A stretch of DNA of 64,000 bases from Candidatus Latescibacterota bacterium (GCA_965223905.1 CBDCXV010000009.1:64001-128000); one strand, 5' to 3'. Shown: positions 48,591 through 59,353, counted from the first letter of the stretch. Translations and numbers: made by a program. The notes: generated by a model not told the origin, from the letters alone.

Positions 48591-49535
48591 TCAGCGCATC
48601 AGGTACTCCTCGTTGTAGGTCGCCGAGCGCGCCGCCTCGATGGTGTGCAGATGCGGGGTCAGGGCCTGTACCTGGATGAAGTAGTACTCCGCTTCGGTGT
48701 TGCGGCCCGCCTTTTCCATCACCGTCCCGAGGTTGTGCAGCGCCGGAACGTGGTCATCCTGAAGCTCGACCGCGGTGGTGAAAGCACGCTCCGCGGGCCC
48801 GAGCTGGCCCAGGTGCATGTGGGCGATCCCCAGGGCGTAGTAGATGTCGGCGTCGTCCTTCACCAGCCCGACCGCGGCGTCGAATTGGACCACGGCGTCC
48901 TGCAGCTTTTTTCCGGTGAGGAGGATCAGCCCTCTGCTGAACCGGGCCTGCGCCAGCCCGCGGCGTGCGCCGGGATACGTGGGACTCTGCTCCAGGACCG
49001 CCTCGAGGTGCGCGATCGCCTTGGCGTAGTCGCCGATTTTGTGGTACGCCACCGCGAGGTTGTAGCGGGCTTTGATGCGGTTCGGATCGAGGGCGACCAC
49101 CTTTTCGAGCAGGGCGATCCCCTCGTTGTAGCGCTTGGTCCGGCACCACAGCGCCCCCAGGCCTGCCTTGGCCTCGACCAGGGAGGTGTCGACCTCGAGA
49201 GCTGCCTGGTAGTGTCTCTCCGCTTCTCCGAGCCGGGACTCGGAGTGCAGGATCACCGCGAGATTGCAGTGGGCCTCGGCATAGCCGGGCTGCAGCTCCA
49301 GCGCCTTTTCGAGATGCGATTCCGCCTCGAAATGGTGGCCGTCCTCGTAGAGGGCGTTGCCGAGCAGGACGCGGAGCTGGGCGTTGCGGGGGTCCATGCG
49401 AACGCGGTCCGCCAGGTAGCGGACCTTCTCCTTCGCCCACATGTCGTAGCGCTCCTTGCCCTCGGCGGCGAGCTCGCGGAGCGCCAGCGAGGAGACCGAG
49501 ACCGCAGCGACGACGACGAGGGGGAGGGGGATCAC
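48591..49535 (-). CDS. Exported TPR-repeat protein
   Basis: Hydrophobic N-terminus VIPLPLVVVAAV; multiple TPRs (AHCNLA, ARYNLA, ALHNLG); GTGA overlap. Confidence 0.85.
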   Translation of the reverse strand: MIPLPLVVVAAVSVSSLALRELAAEGKERYDMWAKEKVRYLADRVRMDPRNAQLRVLLGNALYEDGHHFEAESHLEKALELQPGYAEAHCNLAVILHSESRLGEAERHYQAALEVDTSLVEAKAGLGALWCRTKRYNEGIALLEKVVALDPNRIKARYNLAVAYHKIGDYAKAIAHLEAVLEQSPTYPGARRGLAQARFSRGLILLTGKKLQDAVVQFDAAVGLVKDDADIYYALGIAHMHLGQLGPAERAFTTAVELQDDHVPALHNLGTVMEKAGRNTEAEYYFIQVQALTPHLHTIEAARSATYNEEYLMR

Positions 49536-50833
49536 GGGTGAAACTTCTGAATGCGGTTGTTGAAGGTGTCGGCTACGTAGATGTAGCCCTCCGAGTCGAG
49601 GGCGATGCCGCCGGCCAGGACCTTGCGCTCCGAGGTCGAGCCGCTGTCGAGATCGTCGACCACCCTGGCGGTGCCCTCGAAGCGGAAGGCCTCCCCGTCC
49701 TCGCCGCCCGATGCCCAGCGCGTCAGGTACTCCCCGTCCCGGAAGACCTCGATGCGCCCGTACCCCGCATTGACCACGAAGACCCTGTTCTCCCTCTCGT
49801 CGAAGGCGAAGTCGCTCGGGCGGGAAAGCAGGCCGGCGCCGCGGTCCTCGTCCGAAAGCGGGTCCCGTCCCAGCACGAGGTCGATCTCCTCCCGTTCGGC
49901 GCTTCTGTAGAGGACGAGACGCGGGGCTCGCCAGCCGGTTTCGACGACGTCGAGGGGCTCGACCAGGGCGGCGAACCAGCCGCGCCAGAAGCGCAGACTC
50001 GAGACCAGAAGCGCCGGCACGCGGTACTCGAGGACGCGGGTTCCGTCGGTGGCGAACTGGTGCAGGCGGCTGATGCTCTCGATGAAGACGCGCCCCTCGT
50101 CGACGGCGATGTGGCGCGCGAACACCCCCTCCAGTGGCCGCGTCCACAACAGCTTCCCGTTGCGGTCGAACTTCGCCCATGCCGGCAGCGGCGCCCCGAC
50201 AGGGGGCAGGGTGTTGAAGGCGACGAACAGGTTCCCGTCGGCGTCGAGGGCGATGGCCGGCCCGTCGAGGGTTCCGGTTTCGAGGCAGGCGTTCGGCAGA
50301 TCGGCGAATTGCCAGCGCCCCAGGGAATGGCCCCCGCGGTCGAAGCGTTCGATCCAGCCGGCGCCGGCGCCGACGACGTTGAGAATGCCCCGTTGGTCGA
50401 AGGCGATGCGGGTGGGCAGGAAATCGCCGGGAAGGCTCCAGGAGTTGACGAGGCGGTGAATTCCACCGGCGGCCGGCTCGCTGGCGACGGAGGGGGGTTT
50501 CCCGTCGTCCCCGGGCTTGCCGATGCGTTCGGCGACGACGCGATAGCGGTAGGTGGTGTTGGCGAGCAGGCCGCTGTCCAGATAGGTGGTGTCGAGGCGG
50601 CCGGCGACCGCGGCGATGGTCCGAAACTTCCGCCCGGCGCGGGAACGCTGGATGCTGTACTGAAGAAAGCCCTGCTGCGGGGTGGGGTCCCAGGCCAGGT
50701 CGGCCGCCGCTGAGACGCTGTCGAATTCGACAGCGAGGAGGGGAGGGGGCACCACGGGCGGTTTGCTGCGGAAAAATGGTAATGCGCACGAGCCCAGCAC
50801 CCATGCGCATGCAAACAGAAAGATCGATGGCAT
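49532..50833 (-). CDS. Putative lipoprotein with FnIII and NHL/beta-propeller repeats
   Basis: LGSC lipobox-like; YLDSGLLANTTYRYRV; GIALDSEGYIYVADTFNNRIQKF. Confidence 0.8.
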   Translation of the reverse strand: MPSIFLFACAWVLGSCALPFFRSKPPVVPPPLLAVEFDSVSAAADLAWDPTPQQGFLQYSIQRSRAGRKFRTIAAVAGRLDTTYLDSGLLANTTYRYRVVAERIGKPGDDGKPPSVASEPAAGGIHRLVNSWSLPGDFLPTRIAFDQRGILNVVGAGAGWIERFDRGGHSLGRWQFADLPNACLETGTLDGPAIALDADGNLFVAFNTLPPVGAPLPAWAKFDRNGKLLWTRPLEGVFARHIAVDEGRVFIESISRLHQFATDGTRVLEYRVPALLVSSLRFWRGWFAALVEPLDVVETGWRAPRLVLYRSAEREEIDLVLGRDPLSDEDRGAGLLSRPSDFAFDERENRVFVVNAGYGRIEVFRDGEYLTRWASGGEDGEAFRFEGTARVVDDLDSGSTSERKVLAGGIALDSEGYIYVADTFNNRIQKFHP

Positions 50834-50842
50834 CCGTCGAGT

Positions 50843-50871
50843 ATGGTACAGGGCGGTACGGGGAGTGTCAA
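50843..50871 (-). promoter_or_regulatory. Putative sigma70 promoter (near-leaderless transcript)
   Basis: TTGACA-17 bp-TACCAT, 9 bp before the ATG at 50833. Confidence 0.6.
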
Positions 50872-51024
50872 TTTCCGAGAATCACCCAACCCCCTCGCAA
50901 AGCTGAAGTTATGTGGATGCCGGGGGGCGGCGTACGTACATTCCGGCCTTCCTGTCCACGAGCCAGATAACCCGCGCCTGCCAGGTGCCCGGCCCGCCGA
51001 ATCGCCGCACCCGGCCCTGCGATT

Positions 51025-51825
51025 TTGACACCCGTGATCACACTCACCACCGACTTCGGCGAGCGCGACTACTATGTCGGCGCCGTCAAGGGGGTGCTGT
51101 TGTCCATCCGCCCGGGGCTCACCATCGTCGACGTCAGCCACGCCATTCCGCCCGGGGATGTGCTCTCAGGCGCATTCGTGCTGCGCAACGCAGCGGTCGA
51201 GTTTCCGCCGGGCTCGATCCATCTCGCTGTCGTCGACCCGGGGGTGGGCTCGAGCCGTCGCGCGATCGCCGTCAGCAGCGGAGGATCCTTGTGGGTGGGC
51301 CCCGACAACGGGCTGCTCAGCTTCCCCCTCGAGGATCCCAGGGCGGTGACCCGCGAAATCACCGCGGCGACACTGCTCGACCGAAAGCTGAGCGCGACTT
51401 TTCACGGCCGCGACCTGTTCGCCCCCTGTGCCGCGCGTCTCGCCGCAGGGTTTCCCTTTGCGCGCGTCGGCCCGCGGATATCCGGGGCCGAAATCCTGTC
51501 GGAGACGCAGCCCGCCGTCGAGAGCGGCCGCGTCGCCGGGCAGGTGATCCACGTCGATCACTTCGGTAATGCGATCACGAACATAGCCGGCGAGGATCTC
51601 GACAGGCTTGCCGGAACCGAGGGCTCCCGCGGCAGCGTGAAGGTCCTGGCCGGGTCCCGGCGGCTCCCTGTTGCCGCAACCTACGCGGATGTCGAGAGGG
51701 GTGCCCCCGTGGCCGTGGTCGGCAGTTGCGGCCTGCTCGAGCTGGCGGTCAATGGGGGGAACGGGTCCGAGTTTCTGCAGCTGCAGCGGCGCGACCCCGT
51801 CGTCGTCGAACGGGAAAGACCGTGA
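51025..51825 (+). CDS. SAM hydroxide adenosyltransferase (DUF62 family)
   Basis: ITLTTDFG, VVDPGVGSSRR, ATFHGRDLFAP, DHFGN. Confidence 0.9.
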   Translation: MTPVITLTTDFGERDYYVGAVKGVLLSIRPGLTIVDVSHAIPPGDVLSGAFVLRNAAVEFPPGSIHLAVVDPGVGSSRRAIAVSSGGSLWVGPDNGLLSFPLEDPRAVTREITAATLLDRKLSATFHGRDLFAPCAARLAAGFPFARVGPRISGAEILSETQPAVESGRVAGQVIHVDHFGNAITNIAGEDLDRLAGTEGSRGSVKVLAGSRRLPVAATYADVERGAPVAVVGSCGLLELAVNGGNGSEFLQLQRRDPVVVERERP

Positions 51826-53204
51826 CTCCCCTGATCTCCGGCATCTCCGGCATCCGCGGCATCGCCGGGGAGTCTTTCACCGAGGAGGTAGTGCGCCGCT
51901 ATGCCGCGGCCTTCGCGGTCTCGCTCGAACCGGGTGCGGCCGTCGTCCTGGCGCGCGATACCCGTCCCTCGGGCGCCGGTTTCGCCGCGGCCGCGGCCGC
52001 GGCCCTTGGCAAAGCCGGCTGCCGTGTCGTCGATTGCGGCGTCTGCTCGACGCCGGCGGCGAAGCTGATGGTGACCGAGCTGGCCGCGGCCGGGGGGATC
52101 GTGGTCACCGCCAGCCACAACCCGGCTCCCTGGAACGGCCTCAAGCTGGTCCGCTCCGACGGCATCTTCCTGAACGCCCGCCAGGCATCCGAGGTGGAGA
52201 ACCGCTACCGCGCCGCGGAATCGCGCCAGCTCCCCGGGGGCTCGGAAACCTCACTCGATTCCGCCGCGGTCACCGAGCTGCACGTAAACCGTGTTCTGGA
52301 ACAGGTAGACGCCGCTTCCATCCAGGGGGCCTCCTTGCGGGTTGCGGTCGATCCCTGCAACGGCGCCGGATGCCTCGAGCTGCCGGGGTTGTTGCCGCGG
52401 CTGGGGGTCGAGGCGCATTTCGTGAACGCCACCCCCGACGGGAACTTCGCCCATGAACCGGAGCCCCTTCCCGCCAACCTCGAGCAGCTCGGAGAGGCGG
52501 TCCGCGAACAGGGGGCGGACCTCGGTTTGGCAGTCGACCCGGACGCCGACCGCGTCGCCCTGGTGGGGCCCGACGGCGTTCCCCTGGGGGAGGACTACAC
52601 CCTGGCGCTGGCGGTCGCCGCGGTCACCGCCCGGCGCCCCGGGCCGGTGGTCACCACCCTTTCGACCTCGCAGATCGTCAGCGACGCGGCCGGGCGGAAC
52701 GGCTGCCCGGTGACGCTCACCGCGGTCGGCGAGGTGCACGTCGTAGAGAAGATGCTCGAGGAACGGGCCGTGATCGGTGGCGAGGGAAACGGCGGGGTGA
52801 TCCTTACCGAGGTAGGTCCCGGCCGCGACGCCGCCGTCGCCGTCGCCGTCGTGCTCGAGGCGCTGGCGGCCAGCGGCGCATCCCTTCCGGAGCTGGTCGC
52901 CTCCCTGCCGAAGTACGCCATCGAGAAGCGCAAGCTCACCTGCAGCGCCAGTCAGCTGCAAGGAGCCGTCGCCGCCCTGAAAGGCCGCCATCCGGGGGCC
53001 TGGGCCCACCCGGTGCCGGACGGCGTCAAGCTGTACATGGAGGGGGGGCTCTCATGCCCGTGGATTCACCTGCGGGCTTCGAATACCGAGCCGGTCGTGC
53101 GCGTCATAGCCGAAGCGGGAACCCCGGCCGAGGCGAAACAACTGTGCGATGAGGCAGAGTCGCTGCTCGAGGAGGCCGGGGAGTCCCCCGGCGGGGCAGC
53201 GTAG
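51822..53204 (+). CDS. Phosphohexomutase (GlmM/PMM/PGM family)
   Basis: SGIRG, TASHNP, DPDADR, GGEGNGG, RASNTEP. Confidence 0.92.
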   Translation: MTPLISGISGIRGIAGESFTEEVVRRYAAAFAVSLEPGAAVVLARDTRPSGAGFAAAAAAALGKAGCRVVDCGVCSTPAAKLMVTELAAAGGIVVTASHNPAPWNGLKLVRSDGIFLNARQASEVENRYRAAESRQLPGGSETSLDSAAVTELHVNRVLEQVDAASIQGASLRVAVDPCNGAGCLELPGLLPRLGVEAHFVNATPDGNFAHEPEPLPANLEQLGEAVREQGADLGLAVDPDADRVALVGPDGVPLGEDYTLALAVAAVTARRPGPVVTTLSTSQIVSDAAGRNGCPVTLTAVGEVHVVEKMLEERAVIGGEGNGGVILTEVGPGRDAAVAVAVVLEALAASGASLPELVASLPKYAIEKRKLTCSASQLQGAVAALKGRHPGAWAHPVPDGVKLYMEGGLSCPWIHLRASNTEPVVRVIAEAGTPAEAKQLCDEAESLLEEAGESPGGAA

Positions 53205-53237
53205 GAAGGAGGCGGCGAGCCGTGGCCGCGACTGGTG

Positions 53238-53624
53238 CTACGAGGCGGAGGAGGAGTCCCGCACGCCGAGGCTGTCGCGAATCCGCCGTTCGGCCGGAAG
53301 ATCCTGGTCGGCGCTTCCGCTGGCGGGAATGTCGGCTCGTTCTTCGACCCGCTGCGTCAGGCGATTCAGGCTCTCGTTGGCCTTGTCGGCGAACTCCTGG
53401 CGCTCTTTATCGAGCCGGAGGAACTCTGCGGCTACTTCCATGGCGGCGAGGATGGCGACCTGCAAGGTCGACAGGCGGCCCTCGTGGCCTTCGGAGATCT
53501 CACGCATCTTGCTGTCGATGTGCTCCGCGGCCGGTTGAATCTCCTCGGGCTCTCCACCGATCCGGTAGCTCTGGCCGAAGATCTCGACGACGACCCCCTC
53601 GAACTGCTTGTCTTTTTCCCCCAT
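53238..53624 (-). CDS. zapA: Cell division protein ZapA
   Basis: VEIFGQSYRI, IDSKMREI, VAILAAM, coiled-coil tail. Confidence 0.8.
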   Translation of the reverse strand: MGEKDKQFEGVVVEIFGQSYRIGGEPEEIQPAAEHIDSKMREISEGHEGRLSTLQVAILAAMEVAAEFLRLDKERQEFADKANESLNRLTQRVEERADIPASGSADQDLPAERRIRDSLGVRDSSSAS

Positions 53625-53774
53625 GGCATCGTTCCCGTTCTTGGTTGTGCCGGCAGCGCCTGCCGGCACAACGGTGCCCCAATCTATACCCCTGCCGGGC
53701 AAGCGGCAAGCCCCTGCGGCGGGTGGAATCCAGTCCCGGGGCGATCCTTGCAACCCCCCGCCGAATCGATCACC

Positions 53775-53798
53775 GTATTGACTTAAGTATTGACGTAA
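53775..53798. promoter_or_regulatory. Tandem 12 bp repeat, candidate regulator binding site
   Basis: GTATTGACTTAA GTATTGACGTAA in the divergent intergenic region. Confidence 0.45.
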
Positions 53799-53846
53799 TT
53801 ACCCCAAGCCCCACTGTGGTCCCGATCAGCGGAGCATGCCTGCGCC

Positions 53847-54815
53847 GTGAAAGCCATCGTCGTCGATCCCCGCAGCCGCAACCTGTCGTGGGAGGCCGTG
53901 CCCGATCCGCAACCTGGTCCGGACGAGGTTCTCGTCGACATCCATGCCACCGCGGTCAACCGCGCCGACCTGCTGCAGAGATCGGGGAACTACCCGCCGC
54001 CGCCCGGGGCGCCGGAGTACCTCGGCCTGGAGATGGCAGGGGTTGTGGCCGAGGTCGGGGGTACGGGCGAATGGCGGCCCGGGGACCGGGTCTGCGCCCT
54101 GCTCAGCGGCGGCGGCTACGCCGAGCGGGTGGCGGTGCCGCAGCGCCTCCTGCACCGCATGCCCGACAACTGGGATTTCACCTACGGCGCCGCCATTCCC
54201 GAGGTCTTCTACACGGCGTTCGTCAACCTGTTTCTCGAAGCCGGCCTCCAGCCCGGGGAAACCGCCCTCGTCCACGGGGGCGCCAGCGGCGTAGGGACCG
54301 CGGCGATTCAGCTGGCGAACCAGTCCGGCTGCCGCGTCCTGGCGACCGCCGGCAGCGAACGCAAGCTTGAGTGCTGCCGGCGCCTGGGGGCGGAGTTGGC
54401 CGTCAATTACAAGGAAGAGGATTTCGCCGCCGCGGTCCTCGCCCACTGCGACGGCGTCGACGTCATCCTCGACATCGCCGGCGCCAGCTCGCTGCCCGGG
54501 AACGTCGAGGTTCTCAAGCACAAGGGCAGGCTGGTGGTCATCTCCGTTCTCGGGGGAACCGAGGGGGCCCTCGACATCGGGGCGGTCCTGCGCAAGCGGC
54601 TGCGCATCGCCGGCTCGCTGCTGCGCAGCCGTCCGCTCGCCGAGAAGGCCGCGATCAAGGAGAAGCTCGAAGAGCGCCTGTGGGCCAGGATCGAGGACGG
54701 CCGCATCAAAGCGGTGATCGACAGCGTCCTGCCGGTCACCGAGGCCGGGGAGGCGCACCGCAGGCTCGCCGCAAACAGCAACATCGGCAAAGTCGTGCTT
54801 AAGGTGAGGGAGTAG
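53847..54815 (+). CDS. NAD(P)H-quinone oxidoreductase (PIG3/MDR family)
   Basis: VNRADLLQ..G.YPPP, GLEMAG, VHGGASGVG, GKVVL. Confidence 0.92.
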   Translation: MKAIVVDPRSRNLSWEAVPDPQPGPDEVLVDIHATAVNRADLLQRSGNYPPPPGAPEYLGLEMAGVVAEVGGTGEWRPGDRVCALLSGGGYAERVAVPQRLLHRMPDNWDFTYGAAIPEVFYTAFVNLFLEAGLQPGETALVHGGASGVGTAAIQLANQSGCRVLATAGSERKLECCRRLGAELAVNYKEEDFAAAVLAHCDGVDVILDIAGASSLPGNVEVLKHKGRLVVISVLGGTEGALDIGAVLRKRLRIAGSLLRSRPLAEKAAIKEKLEERLWARIEDGRIKAVIDSVLPVTEAGEAHRRLAANSNIGKVVLKVRE

Positions 54816-54820
54816 AAACC

Positions 54821-55878
54821 ATGAGTGCATCGACCCGCTACCGGGAAATCGAAGTCGGAGGTACGCCGCAGCAGATGGGGGAGCAGCTCGGAGAGGAGGC
54901 GCGTGAGGAGATCCGCGGCTTCGACGCGGTGGCGCTGGAGCGCGTCAACCTGACCATGGCGGTCTCCGAGGAACGCGCTCTCGCCGTCGCCGCCGACAGT
55001 ATCGAGCGCGTCGCCGGGTACGCCCCGGAAATGCTCGAGGAGCTCAACGGCATGGCCGCCGCCTCCGGGGTGCCGGCCGAGCGCCTGATGCTGCTGCAGA
55101 TCCGCAATCAGCTGCGTCCCGACGGCGGCGGCTGCACCTCGTTCGCCCTCTCGCAGCCGGCGGCGATCGGCACCTTCGTCGGCCAGAACTGGGACAACGA
55201 CCCGGCGCTCGATCCGTTCACCATCGTGCTGACCCGCCGGCCCGAGGGGGAACCGGCCTTCATGAGCATCACCCAGGCCGGGCTGGTCGCCTACATCGGG
55301 GTCAGCCAAGCCGGCGTCGGCATCTGCATGAACACCCTCTGCCGGCCCCCAGCCGTCCGCTCGGGGTTCCCCACTACTTCACGGTTCGCGGGATGTACCG
55401 GACCGGCTCCCTCGACGCCGCGCGGGAGGCGGTGCGCCGGGCGCACCGGGCAATCCCCGCGAACCTGATCCTGGCGGCGCCGGACGGGCTGGCCGATTTC
55501 GAGATCACCGTCGGCGACGTCCACGTCATCCGCGACGACGGCAGCGGCATCGTCACCCATACCAACCACTGCGTGCACCCCGACCTCGCGCCGGTCAACG
55601 ACGACTTCCCGGAGCTGATTCAGTCGGGGCCGCGCAAGTGCCGCGTCGACGAGCTGTTGCGGCGGGGGCGGCGGCCCCTGACCGAGGCCTCTCTCCGGGA
55701 GATCCTCAGCGATCACGACGGCCACCCGCACTCGATCTGCCGCCACGCCAACGACCACCCCGACAACGGCTTCTGGACCTCCGTCTTCTCGGTGATCATC
55801 GACGTCGGAGCCTGCCGGATGAAGGTCAGCCGCGGCAACCCGTGTGAAAATCCGTACGAAACCTATCACCTGAACTGA
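54821..55878 (+). pseudogene. C45-family Ntn hydrolase/acyltransferase with a frameshift near 55338
   Basis: GCTSF and GQNWD in one frame; HTNH and SICRH in another. Removing one CT from ACC-CT-CTG-CCG restores NTLPAPSRPLGVPHYF. Confidence 0.8.
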
Positions 55879-55895
55879 GCAGAAGGGATACCGCC

Positions 55896-57344
55896 ATGGC
55901 GACCCTGCACGGAACTACGGTTGATGCGGCCACCGGCGAGGCGATCGACGCCAAGGTCCACGTCCTGAGCTCGAACGGGAAATTCCGGCATCCCGCGGAG
56001 GCCCTGCTGAAGCGGGGTCCCGGGACGCCGTTTTTCTTCGCCGACGGCGCCTTTGAAGTCGAAGTCCCCCGAGGCCGCACCGACGTGCTCGTCGAGCGCG
56101 GCACCGAGTACGAGCCCGCCCGCGTCCTGGTCGAGGCCCCGGAGAAGGGAGTCGTCGAGGTCGAGGTCCCCCTGCGCCGCTGGCATCACCCGCAGGAGGA
56201 CAACTGGTACCCCGGCAACACCCACATCCACTACGACGAGAAGGAGACGCGCCCCGACGACCGCCTCGCCGTCGACTGCAGCATCGAAGGGTACAATGTC
56301 ACGGTGGTCAGCATCCTCGACCGCCGCCAGCTGCCGTATGCGAGCAACAAGTACCCGATCGGGGTGATGAACGAGTTCACCACCGCCCACCACGTCCTCG
56401 ACATCGGCGAGGAGAACCGCCACTACGGCGAAAAGTCCCCCTGGGGCATGGGCTACGGGCACGTGATGTTTCTCAACATCCGCAACCTCGTGCAGCCGGT
56501 GAGCCGCGGCCACACCCTGACGGCGCAGTTCGACCCTGACTACCCCCCGCTCATCTTCTGCTGCGACGACGCCCGCGGGCAGGGGGGCCTGGTGATCTGG
56601 TGCCACAACGGCCGCGGCATGGAGGCGCCGGTCGCCGCGGCCCTGGGCAAGCTCGACGCCTTCAATCTCTTCGACCCGTTCTGGATGGACCCGGAGTACG
56701 ACCTGTGGTACAGGCTGCTCAACTGCGGCATCCGCCTGCCGGCCTCCACCGGGACGGACTGGTTCGTCTGCTCGAACAACCGCGTCTACGTGCAGACCGC
56801 GGATTCGTTCTCCTACGCCGCCTGGATCGACGGCATGAAGGCGGGGCGCACCTACATCACCAACGGGCCGGCCATCGACATGAAGGTCAACGGCGAGCCG
56901 ATCGGTTCCACCGTGGCCTGCGCCCAGGGAGGCCGCGTCGAGGTCGAGGTTCCCTTCCGCAGCTGTTACCCGGTGGACTCGGTGGAGATCGTGGTCAACG
57001 GCCGCGTCGTGGAGCGGTGCGAGTTCGCCGGCGGCGCCCGCGAGGGCTCGCTCAGGGGTGAAGCCGCGGTAGAGGCGGACGGCTGGGTCGCCGCCCGGCT
57101 CTGGGGCAACTCGCGCGACAGCTTCGACCAGTCGATCTACGCCCACACCAGCCCCACCTGGCTCGAGTGCGGACGCTTTCAGCTCGAGCGCGAGTCGGCC
57201 GCCGGGTTCTTCGCCGACGGCATACACCAGTCGCTCTCCTGGATCGACACGGTCGGCCGCTACAACAACGACCGCCAGCGCAACGAGGTGAAGGAGCTGT
57301 TCCGCAGGGGCCTCGAGGCTTTCGAGAACCTGGCCCGGCCGTAA
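55896..57344 (+). CDS. CehA/McbA-family (PHP-like) metallohydrolase
   Basis: WYPGNTHIHY, IWCH, WYRLLNCG, STGTD, RVYV, AHTSP. Confidence 0.8.
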   Translation: MATLHGTTVDAATGEAIDAKVHVLSSNGKFRHPAEALLKRGPGTPFFFADGAFEVEVPRGRTDVLVERGTEYEPARVLVEAPEKGVVEVEVPLRRWHHPQEDNWYPGNTHIHYDEKETRPDDRLAVDCSIEGYNVTVVSILDRRQLPYASNKYPIGVMNEFTTAHHVLDIGEENRHYGEKSPWGMGYGHVMFLNIRNLVQPVSRGHTLTAQFDPDYPPLIFCCDDARGQGGLVIWCHNGRGMEAPVAAALGKLDAFNLFDPFWMDPEYDLWYRLLNCGIRLPASTGTDWFVCSNNRVYVQTADSFSYAAWIDGMKAGRTYITNGPAIDMKVNGEPIGSTVACAQGGRVEVEVPFRSCYPVDSVEIVVNGRVVERCEFAGGAREGSLRGEAAVEADGWVAARLWGNSRDSFDQSIYAHTSPTWLECGRFQLERESAAGFFADGIHQSLSWIDTVGRYNNDRQRNEVKELFRRGLEAFENLARP

Positions 57345-57533
57345 CAGCCAGGGGCAGGGCCTGCCTTGTCCGGTGGGTTTCCGGCTGCCTGACGCATCAA
57401 TGGCCAGCTCCACGGCGATTTCCCGCGGGCCTGGGAGATCCCGCAAACGGATTGCCTGCCGGCATGCGGCATCACCTTTTGCAGCGGCGTCCCTCCGGGC
57501 GCCCGGATCAACTTCCCGGCGCAGAGGCCCCCT

Positions 57534-58469
57534 TCAGTGTGACAGGAACCGTTCCGCCTCGATCGCCGCCATGCAGCCGGTACCGGCCGCGGTCACGGCC
57601 TGACGGTACACGTGGTCCTGGGCGTCGCCGCAGACGAACACCCCGGGGATGTTGGTCGCCGTAGAGTCCGGCGCGGTGATGACGTAGCCGTTCTCGTCCA
57701 TGTCGAGCAGGCCCTCGAACAGCTGCGTGTTCGGGACGTGGCCGATCGCCATGAACACCCCTCCGCATTCCCGCTCCCAGGTTTCCCCGGTATCCGGGTT
57801 CTGCAGGCGCACCCCGCTCACGGCGAGCTCGCCGTTCGGAGACAGAATCTCCTCGACCACCGCGGGGGTGATGAAGCCGATCTTCGGGTTGTCCATGGCG
57901 CGTTTGAGCATGATCCGCGAGGCGCGGAACTCGGAGCGCCGGTGCACGATGTCGACCCTGGTGGCGAACTTGGTCAGGAAGGTCGCCTCTTCCATGGCCG
58001 AGTCGCCGCCCCCGACGACGATCAGCTCCTTGCCGCGGAAGAAGAAGCCGTCGCAGGTGGCGCAGGCGGATACCCCGTGGCCCATCAGCCGGGTCTCCGA
58101 TTCGATTTCGAGGAGCCGCGCGGAAGCGCCGGTGGCTACGATGACGGCATCTGCGGTAAAGACGGTGCCCTCGGCGTCGACGCGGAACGGGGTCCCGGAG
58201 AAATCGACCGCGGTGGCGGTCTTGAAGAGGCAGTGCGCCCCGAAGCGCGCCGCCTGGGCCCGGAACTTGTCCATCATCTCCGGCCCCATGATGCCCTCGG
58301 GGAAGCCGGGATAGTTCTCGACGTCAGTGGTAATCGTAAGCTGTCCTCCGGGCTGGGCTCCTTCCAGCACGAGGGGGGCGAGGTCCGCCCGGGCGGCGTA
58401 CAGGGCCGCGGTGAATCCGGCCGGCCCCGATCCGATTATTACGATGCGGTGGTGGTTCTCTTCAGACAT
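57534..58469 (-). CDS. trxB: Thioredoxin-disulfide reductase
   Basis: [36 protein letters not shown]. Confidence 0.97.
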   Translation of the reverse strand: MSEENHHRIVIIGSGPAGFTAALYAARADLAPLVLEGAQPGGQLTITTDVENYPGFPEGIMGPEMMDKFRAQAARFGAHCLFKTATAVDFSGTPFRVDAEGTVFTADAVIVATGASARLLEIESETRLMGHGVSACATCDGFFFRGKELIVVGGGDSAMEEATFLTKFATRVDIVHRRSEFRASRIMLKRAMDNPKIGFITPAVVEEILSPNGELAVSGVRLQNPDTGETWERECGGVFMAIGHVPNTQLFEGLLDMDENGYVITAPDSTATNIPGVFVCGDAQDHVYRQAVTAAGTGCMAAIEAERFLSH

Positions 58470-58540
58470 GGTTTCCGCCGTACCAGGAAGATGGTTGGGG
58501 GAATCAGGGATTGATCAGCAAATGGAAGTGCATCGGTCAG

Positions 58541-59261
58541 TCAGTTGCGGCACTGCCAATTTCCTTCTTTATAGCAGACATCCAATCTGCATATTCTGCT
58601 TCCAGCTTGGGATCCAATTGAAACGCCGCTCGGAAATGGTGCAATGCCTTTGTGGGCCTTTAGAAACCTGGCAGTGATCTGTCCCAGGTTCGTATGCACG
58701 TGGGTTTGATCGGCGTCGAGCTGCAACGACTGTTGGAAATACCTTACCGCCTGTTCGTACTCCCTCTCCTCGACGGCGATCCTTGCCAGACGATTATATG
58801 CCAGGGGAAGTGGTTGGATCTCGATGGACAACAGCAGAACTTCCGCCGCCTCTTTCTTTTGGCCGTGACCAAACAGCCTGTCGGCAAGCAAAATGTAGTA
58901 GCGGGACATCTGGCCCGCTTCACCGGGGTAGGAGGAGGAGATTTGCCGAACTCCCGATTTGAGAATGGTAACTGCAAGGTCGGGAAGGCCCAATTCAAAG
59001 AAACTCATACTTCCCGCCCAGAGAACCAGAGGGGGACTCTGGCCAGTATGGGGGGTCGATGGGACCCAGGGCGCTCTTGATGAGGGTGGTTTCATCGGGA
59101 TGGAAATGGTAGAACGCCCGGCTTCCTTCGGACTGGTTCTTTCCGGATACCGGGAAAGGGCTGTCCCCCCTGTTCATCCCCACGAAGCGAAGCGAGAAGC
59201 CCGCAACGAGGATGGCAATCAAGCAGAGGGTGGGAAATCTGATTCTGATGAGTGCGTGCAC
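58541..59261 (-). pseudogene. Remnant of a membrane glycosyltransferase (ArnT/PMT-like N-terminus) joined to a TPR C-terminus
   Basis: TM helix, LRF.G, FHPDE, then an early stop; TPR fragments (AYNRLA, VHTNLG) in another frame; less GC-rich than flanks. Confidence 0.55.
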
Positions 59262-59353
59262 GGTTAGCGGGGAAGGAAGCCCACCAGGTTGGGGCCTGCC
59301 GGCGCGAGTTCATCGATTGCCTGGTCAGCCATCGATGGAACTTGGCCGCGGCG

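Noticed and set aside
51025-51825. Fluorinase or chlorinase
   Set aside because: It has the Asp-Arg-His pattern (VDPGVG..R, TFHGRD) of DUF62 SAM hydrolases rather than halogenase residues
53205-53240. 6S RNA downstream of zapA
   Set aside because: Only about 33 bp separate zapA from the convergent mutase gene, leaving no room
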